DNA of 64,000 bases, from NCBI GenBank assembly GCA_047967505.1, contig CM106538.1; one strand, given 5' to 3'. Within the stretch, counting starts at the first letter, position 1, and every line of letters starts with the position of its first letter. Shown piece by piece: positions 1 through 12,030 of this stretch. The notes under the pieces are model-generated. The model did not search any database and was not told the origin of the DNA. It saw only the letters and a program-made list of their open reading frames with translations. Source of the stretch: Dipteris shenzhenensis. Taxonomy: Eukaryota. Position numbers and translations under genes: made by a program.

Positions 1-383
1 AAAGAAAGAGAATTTCGTTTGTCCTAGTTGTTTTCATTACTCAAACCCCCCCCGTCTAGGGCAAGCTTGTAGTGCGCATGATCCTTGGGAATGTAGTGTA
101 ACTATAGTAGGTGCAACTATATTGGGTGCATACAATAATTATTGAGTGATCAAAATAGGTAATAAGACTAGAGCAAGGAAAAAATGCATGGTTAAGATGA
201 AAATGGAGGTCATGGTGAAAAGTAAGAGTATATCTTGTACTTGAAAGAAAGGGCCATAACTTGTGGAAACAAGTTGAAGTTTCTTTAGTGGGCCTGCCCT
301 TGAACATGCTTGTGTTGTGTTTAGTTTTGTGGTGATCTTTTGGTTTTTATGTTATTTTTTGGTTTTTTTTTTGGGGTGGTCCT

Positions 384-1073
384 CTATATTTCTATTGTTG
401 TGTAAAGCAACGAGTGGTTCGACCAATATATGTAGTTCGTGCTAGGTTTTATTCTCTTCTTTTGTGTTGGTCCATATTTGGTCAATTGTCGTTCCATGTA
501 CTGTTGTTGACGATGTTATTATATGCAGCATATTGCAATCTCGCATCATTTCTTTGAGTTTTGTTGGAGGGGTTGTTTTTGAGTTTTAGTTGATATTGAA
601 GTCCCCCACAATATATGTCGTCGTTTGTTGTGGTATCATGTCGATGATTTTTTTGATGTTTTGCGTGAGGTTTTGTGTTTTCGTTCTTGGCACTTTGTAT
701 GTGTTAATAACTGTCAATTATTTGTTTGATGATGTTTGGAAGATTGTGAGGAGGCATTCACAGCCTTGATCGTTTACGTTTTAAGTGTTGGAGGAGATGG
801 AGTTCTTGTTTGAAGTATGTGCCCCAGTCCCAGGCTTGTCGATGTTATGGTTATATTGAAAAGTGGTATGTCCGGTGCTGCATGTAGTTTTGTGTGTGTT
901 TCTTGAAAACATAAGATTGTTGCTTGGAGGATGCTTTGTGAATTCATGATGTCTTCTTTGTGAAGGTTGAGTGAGCGTGTGTTCAGGCTCTGCAACGTTT
1001 TTCCTTGGTATTTTGTGTTACTATAGTCCACCTGGTCGAATGTCCAACTGTTATCTGCATGTAGTCTTGCCAT
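384..1073 (-). pseudogene. C-terminal AP-like (EEP) endonuclease domain of the Helentron protein
   Basis: SLNTRSL..ILCFQETH (ORF 774-1073); YIVGDFNIN (~590-617); TTVHGTTIDQIW (~472-507); YWSNH, a variant of the SDH motif (~414-428); stop at ~384. Confidence 0.85.
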
Positions 1074-1122
1074 TTCCCGGAGTATAGCACTGTCTGTTTT
1101 TTAGTTTTTTCATTTTCTAGCC

Positions 1123-2300
1123 TCAAGTCGAAGTATAGGTTTTGGGAGTGTGGACTCTTGATAGTGCTGTGTAGAGCAGCCCATGTGATTTGATCCCAGT
1201 GGGATCAAATACTAGCACGTCCATGGTGAGGCCTTGTGAGTGATGCACCGTTCTTCCTATAGGGGCCTGTAGCGGGAATTGTTTCCATGTGATTATGTTC
1301 AAGTGGTTGTTGCCTACTTGAAAGTCACACGTGATTCGTAGAATAGGTGTCCACTTGTTGCCGATCTCTCTATCATATAGGTTTTGGTTTTCGTAGTGTG
1401 CTTTTGTTCTTGTCTTCATGTCATTGAATTCCACCCAGACGCGGGAAGGTTTATGTTGCATTTTAGAGCCTCTAAATATTCTGTTTGTGTAGTTGACCAA
1501 GCCATCATCGATGTCTAGGTTGCCTGATCATATTTCAACTATCATTCTTGGCTTAAGATCCAATTTGTGTTCTAGGCCACAAGCTTTTCGTGGGTCCTCT
1601 AGGATTATTATTGTTTTGCTACATGTTTTCTACCTGGTATCAATCGATGGTAGAATGTGTGGTTGATATGGTAGGCTATCGAATATCTTTTGATTGTGTT
1701 GGTTCTTCACGTTGTTTGTGTAAAATAAATGCGGGATGATGTTTTTGTGCGGTGGCCTTTTGAGGTGCGCAATTGTTAAATAGTTAATGTCTTGTTGAGT
1801 TTGTGTTGCTGTTTTGATTCTATTGAGTATGTCTAGGAACACCTTGTTATCCTGGCGCATTGGTTTTTCCAATTGGTAGCACTTAATGTGTGACCTCCAA
1901 ACCGAACTGATCATCGTTGTTGTTGATTGATGTGAGAATATCGAGGTGTCTTTTACTAGGCTGGCTTGGCAAAGGTCACCGCAGAGAACCAGGTCCACCC
2001 CACCGAAGGGCTCAGTGTGATTATGCTTTATTTCTCGCATTTGCATGTCTTCTGCGAGGAATGTGTTAATGCCCACTAAAGATATTTCGTCTATGAGAAT
2101 AGCTTCGACGTCTTGGTATTTGGTAGCCAAAGGTTGGAGTTTTTGTACACCAACAAGAGGACTTTTGGTACTTCAATATTGGATGTTTTAATGCTCGCGC
2201 AATGCCTCCGCTATTAATGTTGCGACAAATGTTTTCCCCGAACCTGTGTTTCTTGTTATGAACAGTTGTATTTGTTCTTCTTGTTTTGTTCATTTCTTCA
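1123..2300 (-). pseudogene. PIF1-family helicase domain of the Helentron
   Basis: Motifs I (TGSGKTF), II (IDEIS), III (GDLCQ), IV (MRQ), V (TVHHSQGLT) and VI (YTALSRV) spread over several broken ORFs. Confidence 0.9.
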
Positions 2301-5266
2301 GCATAATATCATAAAAAAATAGCCGCTGCTCGCACTTCATTTCCTGAAGTTCCCATAGTACATCTCGATCGATAGGTTGTTGGGTTTGATTTGTATGATT
2401 GGGTGGACGTTTTTCATTTTTTTGTAGTACTCCATGTCATTGGCAAGATCACATTTTTATGTGGATGCCCCTGGTCATTCATCGTTGGCGACTGTTAAGT
2501 AGCTACTATCGTTGCTTGTTGTCACTCCAAGGTATGTGGCATCCGTTTGAAAATGCGCCTGCAGTGAGTCAATGCTCTCTTTGTTTTCTGTGTACATGTC
2601 CTTCCAGGTTTGGGTTGTTTCGTTCAATGTGTGTTCGTTAGAGTGGAATGGTAGGTAGAGCAGGCATAGTTCCCTGTAGTGGTTTTCGGGGTCTTTTATT
2701 TTGTTGTAGTTATTGAAACGTATTATTATTTCTTTTCTTCTTTTTTTAGTAGATCCTTGTTTCATGTTATATGCGCTTGCTAATGTGGCACATGTAATTC
2801 GTGGTGCCTCTTTAAATACTTTGTTACAATGTCATCAAAGAAGATGTCAGTGCTGTCTGGATGAAGTAACTCTAGTTGTGCACATCTTTCAGTAGCAATG
2901 CCCTGTCAGTCGGTGCGTTTGTGTTTATGTATGTGAATTCTTCGGAAGTGCTTGTTAGAGGCAATGAAAGGCAAAGGTACACTGCTTGTTGGGCATTGCT
3001 GTGTTGAGTATTTAGTATTGCATTTCCCACCTTGCGTACATGCTCACTAGGTGTTGCATTGTCTTGAAAGCTTTGAACGATTGCATTCTTAACTGCATTG
3101 TTTGTCTCTTTGTCAACTTTGGTTATGTATGACATGCCATACGATGCTGCACCATGAGGGTTTAAAACAAATTGTATGTCAGTGTTAGCACCCCATAGTT
3201 TGCTCAGCACCGGGTTAAAATTGTTTGTATAAATGTCTTTTGGTTCTCTTTTCATGAATATTTTCAGTTGAGAGATGCTGCTTCGTAGCGCCGTTTCATA
3301 TACTTGATCAAGGATATTGATCTTGTCAAGGAAAGAATCGAAAGTGAGCGTGGTGGATGTTTTATCTTGTAGTGCTTCTTTAACTTTCACATATTTTTTT
3401 TTTGTATGTATTGTTAGTATCTTCATCAAGTAAGTGTCTCAAAATTTTCTGTATAGTGCATCGATGGCTTCGGGAACCCAAAGTAGCAATGGGAATGTTT
3501 TTTCTTGCATGTTTGTCTAGTTGTGTGTTTGTATATAATTGAGCATGGGTTCGAGTTGTGCACTATCAATAGCTATGTGTTTGTCAATAAACTGTTCTAT
3601 GGTTTTGTCGTCAGTGTTGTTACCGTTGGGTCCTTCATCTACCCAGAGCGGGCCGTGGTCGTGTTGGCTCCCTCTGTTTTGGAATTCTGTTACATAAAAT
3701 ACTGTTGTCTTGTCATAATAATGTTTTGAGGGCTCTGAATTTGTGGACATAATGTTGTGTCGTAGTCACGGGCTGCTTTGATCACATTTGGATGTTCTTG
3801 CCTGCTTGTTCAACATTCTCTTCATTCGCGTGTTTGTTTATTTCCTGCAAACATCGTACTAGTGGCTCCCACCATTTCTCAACAGTAGATAATGTGATGA
3901 AGAATGTAGGAGGGCCAAGTTGTCTAATCATGGCGAAGACGTTTTGCTTCAGCCACTGTTGTTTCTAATCGGCGGACGTTCTTAAACAAGTGAAGTCACA
4001 GAAGCCAATTTTTGATTGCAACAATTGCTTAATATTTGTATCTCGTACTATTGTTTTTGCCTCGATGCTTTGCCCTTGTTTTTGCCCTTTTCACATGCGG
4101 ACCCAAACAGATGATAGCACTTGCCTTACCACACCTTCATTGTTTTGAAGAACAAGTTTTCGATGGACCATGCAAATCTCCTGTCCTCATTTCGAAGTTC
4201 CCACTTCACTATGTCCTAGTAGCTTGTTCGACTTGGAATGCGGTATGTGTGAGCTTTGCCATAAAAAAGAGTTGAGAATGCAAGTTCTTCGTAGTACTCG
4301 TCCTAGAAAAGGCTAAGAGGATGAAATCCTGTTAAAGGGCCGATGGTTGTTGGATTGATCTCGAAATCAATAACTTGGTGGCTTGTGTAAATTCCATGCA
4401 CGAAAGTATCGGTTGCGACGTCAAGAGAAACGGTGCACTTGTCCCTGTCTACTGATGTTTGCTGCATTTCCTCTTCTTCGCATTGTAGTTGCTGGATGTG
4501 TTCGGCCCAAAGTTTGTTGATCTTAACATAGTTCTTAATGTAGAGGGGGGTTGCAAGCAATTCTTGAAGCACACATTGTTATAGTGGGGCATACTAGGCT
4601 GCTGATGTAGTTATGATTGTAATGTAGTCGACGCTTGATTGCTACTGTCACTGTAGCAGAGTCGTTTATTAAGCGCGGGAGAACTTGTTGTGCTCTATCA
4701 ACGTGCGAAACCATTTATTACGCTACCGTCGAGCCCGAGCTGACCTTCATATGTTAATTGCCTTAATTGCGCGAAAGGTATTCTTATTAAAAATCAGTCG
4801 CTCCTCGATTTTGTTCAGATTAGATGTGTGTTCTTGGGGGGTGGTCAGGGCATGTTTCTCTTTGAGAACCTAGGTTCTTTGCCTGAACGGATTTGGCTGT
4901 AGCACAAGGAGCATGTAAGCACTTTGTTTTCGGTTTCTTGCGCTACATCATTCAGTTCTTCATTTATAGATGTTGAGTTGATGCTTTCTTTTTTCAATTT
5001 CGATCTAAATGTCAAACATCCACACGTGAAGCAAGCAAACGCCGATGTGTCATCTATCTTTTCAAGGTATATCGTCTTTGATTTTCGCATTCCTCTTTTC
5101 CATTTCAAGGAGTTGGCCTTGGTGGGGTCTTGAGTAGATTTTTCTTTAACTAGGTCTCCGCCGATATGAATTCCCAATACTTCCTCGCCTTGCACCAAGC
5201 ATGCCGCCTCATAGGCAATATTAGAATGGTACGCCGTGTCTTTCAGCTTGTATATTTTGTTGCATG

Positions 5267-5609
5267 TGTTGAGATATGGTGCCATGAGCACATAGATTAA
5301 AGGGCTAAGGTATGGTATAGGAAATAATTAAAGTAGCCACCCTAGGATGTGGACTACAAGATGTGAAGATGTGGATTGAGGATATCCACAAGGAGAGATG
5401 TGGATGAGAGGATCACACAAGTGTTGACTATTCAAAGGGCACTCTCTTTATAAGAGGCCTATCATGTATTGTTGTGTACACACACACATTGGAATAGATT
5501 GAGTATTGCCTACCGCATGTCTCACATGGAATTTCTTCTATGGTTTGATCCCCCTTGATCTTTTGCTAATTCCATGTTGCACTAGGAGAGCACGATCCTC
5601 ACTTTCTCA
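5267..5609 (+). repeat. 5' LTR (family B)
   Basis: Direct repeat of 7581-7923, followed by the PBS. Confidence 0.95.
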
Positions 5610-7580
5610 TGGTATCAGAGCTTAGGTCTAGTCTCCTAGGCATGCCTTAGGAACTCATGTTTTCTTCTAGATTAGTTTTAGAGAGATAGTGGTTACCCTT
5701 GTTTAGATTTTTGGAAAAGTATGAGAGAATGTGAGTCGTTCTTGAACAATCTCTTGTTGAGTGTTGTGAGCTCTCCCTCCAAGGGAGATCCCCAAGGACT
5801 CTAAATCAGCTCTTCTACAAGCAGGCTTTCGAACCTTCAAGGCTCCACACCTCAACTACGGCTACTCTGTGATGACAACTACAGTGCCATAGCTCCTATG
5901 CTAGTCACCTCCCAACCGAGCTCACGATAGCACCTCCCAAGCGGTTGTTGGCGTGCTGCTGGTGTCGATGCAGTAGTCGTAGCTGCAACAGTGATAGTTC
6001 TTCTTCTTCTTATGTTGTCGTCACCGTCGTGACGGCCACCATGTCTGGAGGTAGAAGCAACAAAGAAAACAGCCATCACCTCGTTCAGCAAGCCAGCAGT
6101 AATTAGGCTCCATAGCCCATTCGATGAGCGCATCCATCAATGGAACCATCGGCTCCCTCATGAGCCCTTCTTCAACGAGAAGGTAGCGCAGCTGCCGCTG
6201 CCAACGAGCACAAGGGTAGAGCAATGCAAGGACCTCACGATCTTCATACAAGCTAAGAAGCTGTGACTGCCAGAGATGCACCAAAATGCAATCAGAAGCA
6301 CCACGCTCAGGAGCAAAAGATGGGCAAACACCCTCTTCATTCTCTGAGAACACCTATGACTAGTTGCTGCTCCAAACAGTGCTACTTCAAGCAACAAGAA
6401 GGCTCAAACACCTCTGAGCGGCTCCTACGGCTTCAACAAGACAGCTCTCAATGCCATGGCTCCAACCGTTGACGACGAGCCAGCCTCTTGATATGAACAG
6501 CTGCTTCACAGCAACTCTAGCTCTGCTATATTGCAGACGAACTCATCGACCTCATCCAAAGAGCGGTCTACAGCAGCTCTGCCTCCTTTAGCGACTCGAG
6601 CTCTTAGTTCTCCTGCACATTGGCTGCTAAGTCGAGGCAGAAGCAAAGGATTTGCAAGCTCCTTCCGTGGAGCTGTGCCTGCAACCGCATCAGCAACCTA
6701 AATGAGAGCTCTAAGCTCTCCTCTTGTATGCGCAGCCAGCCTAGAAGCTCCGTCGTCGTCGTCGCCATCACGGTCAACAGCAGCTCCGTCGTCGCCTCAA
6801 ATCTTTTCTTTCTCCAAGGTTCCCTTAGATTGACACGTGGCATATAATAACTAACCAGGGTTTCTTTAGTTAAATAGGTAACTATGGTTAGGGTAGGATT
6901 AGTTAAGTGCCACCCAAGCACAGTCTCTTTGTAAGCACAGTTTGAATGCAGCATGTGAATCCCTGTGCCACATCATCAAGGCCCCCTCGTCTTCACAAAA
7001 GCTTCAACAAAGTGTAACTTCCAATCCAGGAAGAATTTGAACACGCTCCAAAAAGGAAAAGTGATCATCTTTTCGAGCTCTACGCGTCTATCAAGTCAGA
7101 ATCATTGTATGCAATTAGACACTGCCAATATTGAAAAAAATCAATTGGTAAGACCTTTGCAACAAATGAAAAAGCAACGCATGAATGCAGAAAGCATGCC
7201 AAAAGCACAAGTGCATGAGATGACCATAGCAGGAAGCATGGCATCCACACACAAAGCATCAAGGCACATGGAAGAACAAAGCATCATGCAGGTAGCTACA
7301 CCAAACAAAGAAGCAAATGAGTCGTCATCAAGCCATGAGCCAAAAGGTGACATCAATGAAATGTATTGAGAAACAAATACCTTGCCAACCTTGCCTATAT
7401 TTTGTAAATCAAACCTGACCACCTGAGAGTAGCTATGAAAGCACCCAGGGGAGGTATTGACATGTAAAAGCCACACTTGACTACCTTAAGTAGCAATGCA
7501 TGCACTAAGGGGAGGTGATGGAATGTAACTCACATCTGACCACCTTGCAGTAGCCAAAGGATCATGGCACCAAGGGGAGG

Positions 7581-7923
7581 TGTTGAGATATGGTGCCATG
7601 AGCACATAGATTAAAGGGCTAAGGTATGGTATAGGAAATAATTAAAGTAGCCACCCTAGGATGTGGACTACAAGATGTGAAGATGTGGATTGAGGATATC
7701 CACAAGGAGAGATGTGGATGAGAGGATCACACAAGTGTTGACTATTCAAAGGGCACTCTCTTTATAAGAGGCCTATCATGTATTGTTGTGTACACACACA
7801 CATTGGAATAGATTGAGTATTGCCTACCGCATGTCTCACATGGAATTTCTTCTATGGTTTGATCCCCCTTGATCTTTTGCTAATTCCATGTTGCACTAGG
7901 AGAGCACGATCCTCACTTTCTCA
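7581..7923 (+). repeat. 3' LTR (family B)
   Basis: Direct repeat of 5267-5609, preceded by the PPT. Confidence 0.95.
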
Positions 7924-8582
7924 GCATGTTGCCTCCAAACTGTGCTTGTTTGGACAGCTACATTGGAGGAAAATGGTTGCAATTTGCTTTGCTGTTGAAT
8001 GAGGGTTTCGTTGCAAGAGATATTGAAGGCATGTCTTCTCAGTCTTCATAAATATTGTACGTTCTTTTGATTTGTTTCCTAGCCACTGGCACAATTGTGG
8101 GGGGGTTGGCTGATGCATCTATCAGCAAGAAACTCGGCTTTTGTTGTTCAATTCAATGAATTCCATTATTTGTATGGTTGACTAGCCATCAAAAAGGAGG
8201 ATAGACAAAGAGCAATGGATAATTTAATGTATTATTTGAAGGCAATCGAAGACCAAGGATGGGCTGTTGGTGGATTTTTGGATTGCGGACAATGCGATGC
8301 TGCTTGCTGCATCCTTCTAATGTAGGTTTCCACCTTGATGTTTTGATGCATTGACTGTAGTATTGGCGATGCTGTTGTTGAGAATGTTTTCCACAAGCAT
8401 TTCAAACATCATATCATATGTGTATGCAGGATAGAGAGCTATCAAACAGGAGAGCAAGTCGGTATTTTTAGGTTTTTTGTTAATGAATTCTTTGTTCCAT
8501 TCGACATAGAAAGAGTTTAAGTCAACTCTTGAATAAAAAATGTAGGAGAACAGTCCCAGGATGTTGGCACAGGGAATCAGCC

Positions 8583-8745
8583 TAGCACATCTGTGCGTCG
8601 CGGACAGATCGCGAATCGTGACTATTTTCTGAGTTCTTATGTCTTCTGGCACATTTGCACGTCACGGATAGATCGCGACTGTTTTCTTGGGTTCCTGCGT
8701 CTTCTGGCGCACCTGCGCATCGCGGACAGACTTTTCGAGCTCCTG
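8583..8745. repeat. Degenerate ~58-bp tandem repeat, about 3 units
   Basis: Recurring unit cttctggc(a/g)ca..tgc..(g/a)tc(a/g)cgga(c/t)aga. Confidence 0.6.
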
Positions 8746-9331
8746 CAAAAGATCTCGTGCCCCTATCCTCTTCTTCTGCTCCAAAAGGTAGAGAAAGAGA
8801 GGGTTAGATGTACAGTGCAAGCTTCAAGAGGTTATGTTCAATTGCCTTTGAAATGTAAGGAGGATGTTTCAGATAGCATTTGCATATTGCTTTGAAAAGA
8901 ACTGAAAAGCTTGTAGTCAAATCGAAGTGGTACATCTACATTTGTAAGTGCCATGTTTAAATGTAGTAAAGACAAGGAAGGTACATATCAATTTTTGTAT
9001 GTGAACGCTACGTTTCCCCCGGGAAGAAGGCTTCGAGTACTACAATGTGACATGTGAATACTCATTTGCAAACTGCGTGCCCAAATACACCGTAGTCGCA
9101 AAAACAATATGCTATACAAGAGTTGTATAAAGTTCTCCTTGGTTTAAGGTTGTGAAGGTATACACTGGGGATGCATGTATAAAGCCATTGTTTTATGTAG
9201 AAGGAGAAAGGTAAAAGCCAAAGTTGTCATTGTGAATGCTAGTTTGAAAGCTCCATGTGCAAACATGTCATAGATAACAAAGAAAGGTCACATAAAACAA
9301 TTGTACAAAGTTTTATTTTGTATTGCATTAT

Positions 9332-9568
9332 CTACAAGCGGGGAAAACTGAGTAGAAGGGTGCAACAACAGTGGTAGAAGAACTGAGGTGAAGACGAAAA
9401 AGCTAGGCGAGGCATACACAATGGGTTGTACATCAGAATGGCTCCCAACTATTTACAACCGGGAAAAACCAAGTAGAAGGGTGCAACAACATTGGTAGAA
9501 GAGTTGAGGCGAAGAAGGGGAAGATGGGCATACACAACGAGCTGTACATCAGAATGGCTCCCAAACTA
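9332..9568. repeat. ~118-bp tandem duplication
   Basis: Two copies of ..gtagaagggtgcaacaaca..tggtagaaga..ggcatacacaa..tgtacatcagaatggctcccaa. Confidence 0.85.
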
Positions 9569-10983
9569 GGTAGTCTTTGCAAAAGATGTCACAAAGCCAG
9601 AACTGTTGATGTAAATTCTCACTAGTGGGCCGCTTCTCGAGCAGCATGCAACGAGTTGTGACAATACTTCGATTATGGAACTCAAAAAATGGGCAATGAA
9701 GGGCCAAAATATCGTCTACATGTGCGCCACATACCTGCACGGCAACCTGGGTGGCATCATGCAAAACAACGTAGCCCTTCAAAGAAGGGAATTAGGAAAT
9801 AGTTTGGATGTTGACACAACTATAGCAGTAGGGGCGCATCGGATCTTTGCTCATGCGGCAACCACCACAAGCCACACAATGGAACTCAACCAAGGGGTTG
9901 TTGAGGCTAACGAAGTGAACAATGCCATGCACCTACGAGCAAAGCAAACACGATTGTTATAATGTCAAGGATTTTAGATGCATGAACTTGGTAGTAGTAA
10001 TTAGTGAAAATGTACCTTCTTCTTTCTTCTCACAAAAAAAAAAAGAAAATGTACCTTCTTCCCATAACCTAGTTGCAAGACCTGATGTATGAAGGCATCA
10101 TGCAATGTGGTATGGAGATTCCCTTCTAGCGCTGCCCCTAAGATAGTGAAATCAAACACACCCAGGGCATGCCCATGCCTTGCACGCATGTATGAAATAT
10201 TCTTGGCAACGTACATCATGATGCCTTCATCGAGCAAGGGTGTGCCTTCTTTCGAAAGCGTCTATAACCGTATCTCAGTCCTTGGGGTTGGCCCATCCGC
10301 AATAATGATCTGGTCACTAAGCAGTCCATCGAGGCCAACTTTCACAATCACAAATGCTACCGATGGACCGCCAACTTTCACAATCACAAATGCTAGTGTA
10401 TCAATGACTGATGTCAACGATGCACGTAAGTTCTCCATTTGGTTTGCTACCCAGGGTGCATAGCATCGTATGATCGTATTTGGAACAAAGGATATGGTTC
10501 CATCGAACGATTCGCTTTTCAAAATTGTGGTGGTTGCATCAACACGCAATGAAAAAGAGGATGTTCCTCCCTCGCTAGAGCCTCATTTACTAATGGTAGA
10601 ACCCTTGATTCTATAGAATTCACCTACTTGAAAAACATCCTTGAAATCCAAAACATATGTGTGCGGGATATGTAATGTAATGGTCTCAAGCACGTATAAT
10701 CAGTGAGATCTATGTGCATGTACACGAGATACGTCACATCTTTCGCTTTGAAAGTACTGTACTTTGCTAAAATCTTTCCTTCAAAGGCAAAGTGATGTGA
10801 TACGAACTCGAACAATGCACCTATGGTCAGGGTTGTAAAGCATTTGCATTGGTCGGATTGATGTTGCCATGAATGTGGGTCGGCTAGGGCCATTTTCATC
10901 ATTTGGAAGGAAGAGGTTTTCGATTGGATTTGGGGCATCCACGTCGTTGTGGCAAAGGCTCTTTCCATGTTGCACCCCAACAT
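9549..10983 (-). pseudogene. RPA70-like multi-OB-fold ssDNA-binding protein, intron-containing, probably Helitron-borne
   Basis: Three OB-like segments: MKMALADPHS..CFTTLTIGALFEF; QIIIADGPTPRTEIRL*T..MYVAKNISY; and, after a GT..AG intron (~9934-10054), VHGIVHFVSLNNPLVEFHCVACGGC..PYCYSC..GYVVLHDAT..VQVCGAHVDDIL, which resembles the RPA1 DBD-C zinc ribbon. Confidence 0.55.
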
Positions 10984-11855
10984 TTTAACTCCCTAAAAAA
11001 TTCCGTTATGATTTGGGTAAAAAGCACTCAAATGTATTGAATAAGTTTTAGGCTACATAGTTTTTGGAAAGCTCTTTGTTGTTCGGGGAAGAGGAGTGCA
11101 CGTTTTAATGATGCAAGCCCCAGACGCCGAGATGAGTCCTTGGCTGCGCAAGAGCTCGTATCACCTCCCTCATTGGTGGGGCTAGCCCTTTTTCGGAAAG
11201 AACAACAAATTAAAAACAACGAAGTGGGGGATAATTAAGCTGGTGTGTTGGTAATGCACTATCTTTTACTACAACCTTCTGTTGGATTGAAGTTTTCTAG
11301 TCAAGACCGCTACTCGTGATAGCTCTTTTTGACACACCAGTGTCTATGAGGACATCTAAAGTAAGTGATTTCAAAACAATCACTCAACCAATAGAAGCAA
11401 ACGATGTTTTGAAACATACAAGGAAAAAGCACTAGTAAATATATCCCCAGTGGCATGGACAGATTTAGACAATGCACGAGACACAGACGGATTCCTTGAC
11501 TCGGGTGCTTGGTCGTGTCTTGAGGTGGACTTGGGTGAGCGAACTTCGTCGTGCCGTGGTTCGGATAGAGGACTTTGTACTTTAGATTGGTCAATGATTT
11601 CTGGAGTGGAGAAAAACAGAGATGAACATAAAGTGTATGCTTGATTTGGCTTTGGCAATATTAAGAGGAATAACAAAAGAGACTATGTAGTGGAAGGCAA
11701 CAACAAAGGGACGTTAAATCTTGCATGCGGCCAGAGACGAGAGAAAGCTCGGGGGGGAAATATTAAGGTGAGTGAGAGAACAGAGTCTATAGAGGAAAGC
11801 AGCAAGGGTAAAAGAAGTCAAATGTTCAACGCGGGCAGAGAGGAGACAAAGCTGT

Positions 11856-12030
11856 AAATGCCCATATTGATAGTGAGCCTTCCAACAACGTCTATGACTT
11901 ATTCAAGAGAAGAGAGGCTCCACATCAGTTTACGAGCAGTAGTGCTCAGAAGCACCGCAACTGTCTCTGACTTATTCATAAAAATAGAGGCTCCAAATCA
12001 CTTTACGAGACGCTCTGCTTAGAAGCGTTG
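11856..12030. repeat. ~60-bp imperfect direct repeat pair
   Basis: tgacttattca..agaggctcca.atca.tttacgag..tgct.agaagc occurs at ~11856 and ~11968. Confidence 0.6.

Larger units (their letters stand above)
5267..7923 (+). mobile_element. Non-autonomous LTR retrotransposon (~2.66 kb, TRIM/TR-GAG-like), recent insertion
   Basis: 343-bp TG..CA LTRs at 5267-5609 and 7581-7923 that appear identical; PBS TGGTATCAGAGC (tRNA-Met-i) 5610-5621; PPT AAGGGGAGG 7572-7580; TSD GCATG at 5262-5266 and 7924-7928; no RT, integrase or gag motifs seen inside. Confidence 0.95.
384..8652 (-). mobile_element. Helentron/Helitron2-type rolling-circle transposon coding region (Rep HUH + PIF1 helicase + AP endonuclease), pseudogenised and interrupted by an LTR element at 5267-7923
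   Basis: Minus-strand motifs in order: NLNKIEERLI..IPFAQLRQL..GQLGLDGSVIN (~4700-4820); PLSLF*DEYYEELAFSTLF (~4270-4320); VFAMIRQLGPPTFFITLS (~3890-3940); HUH motif VTEFQNRGSQHDHGPLW (~3640-3695); NTDIQFVLNPHGAASYGMSYITK; Walker A LFITRNTGSGKTF (~2230-2270); ILIDEISLVG, FGGVDLVLCGDLCQ, MRQD; QFPL..TVHHSQGLT..LYTALSRV; then an EEP domain. Many stops and frameshifts. Confidence 0.9.
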
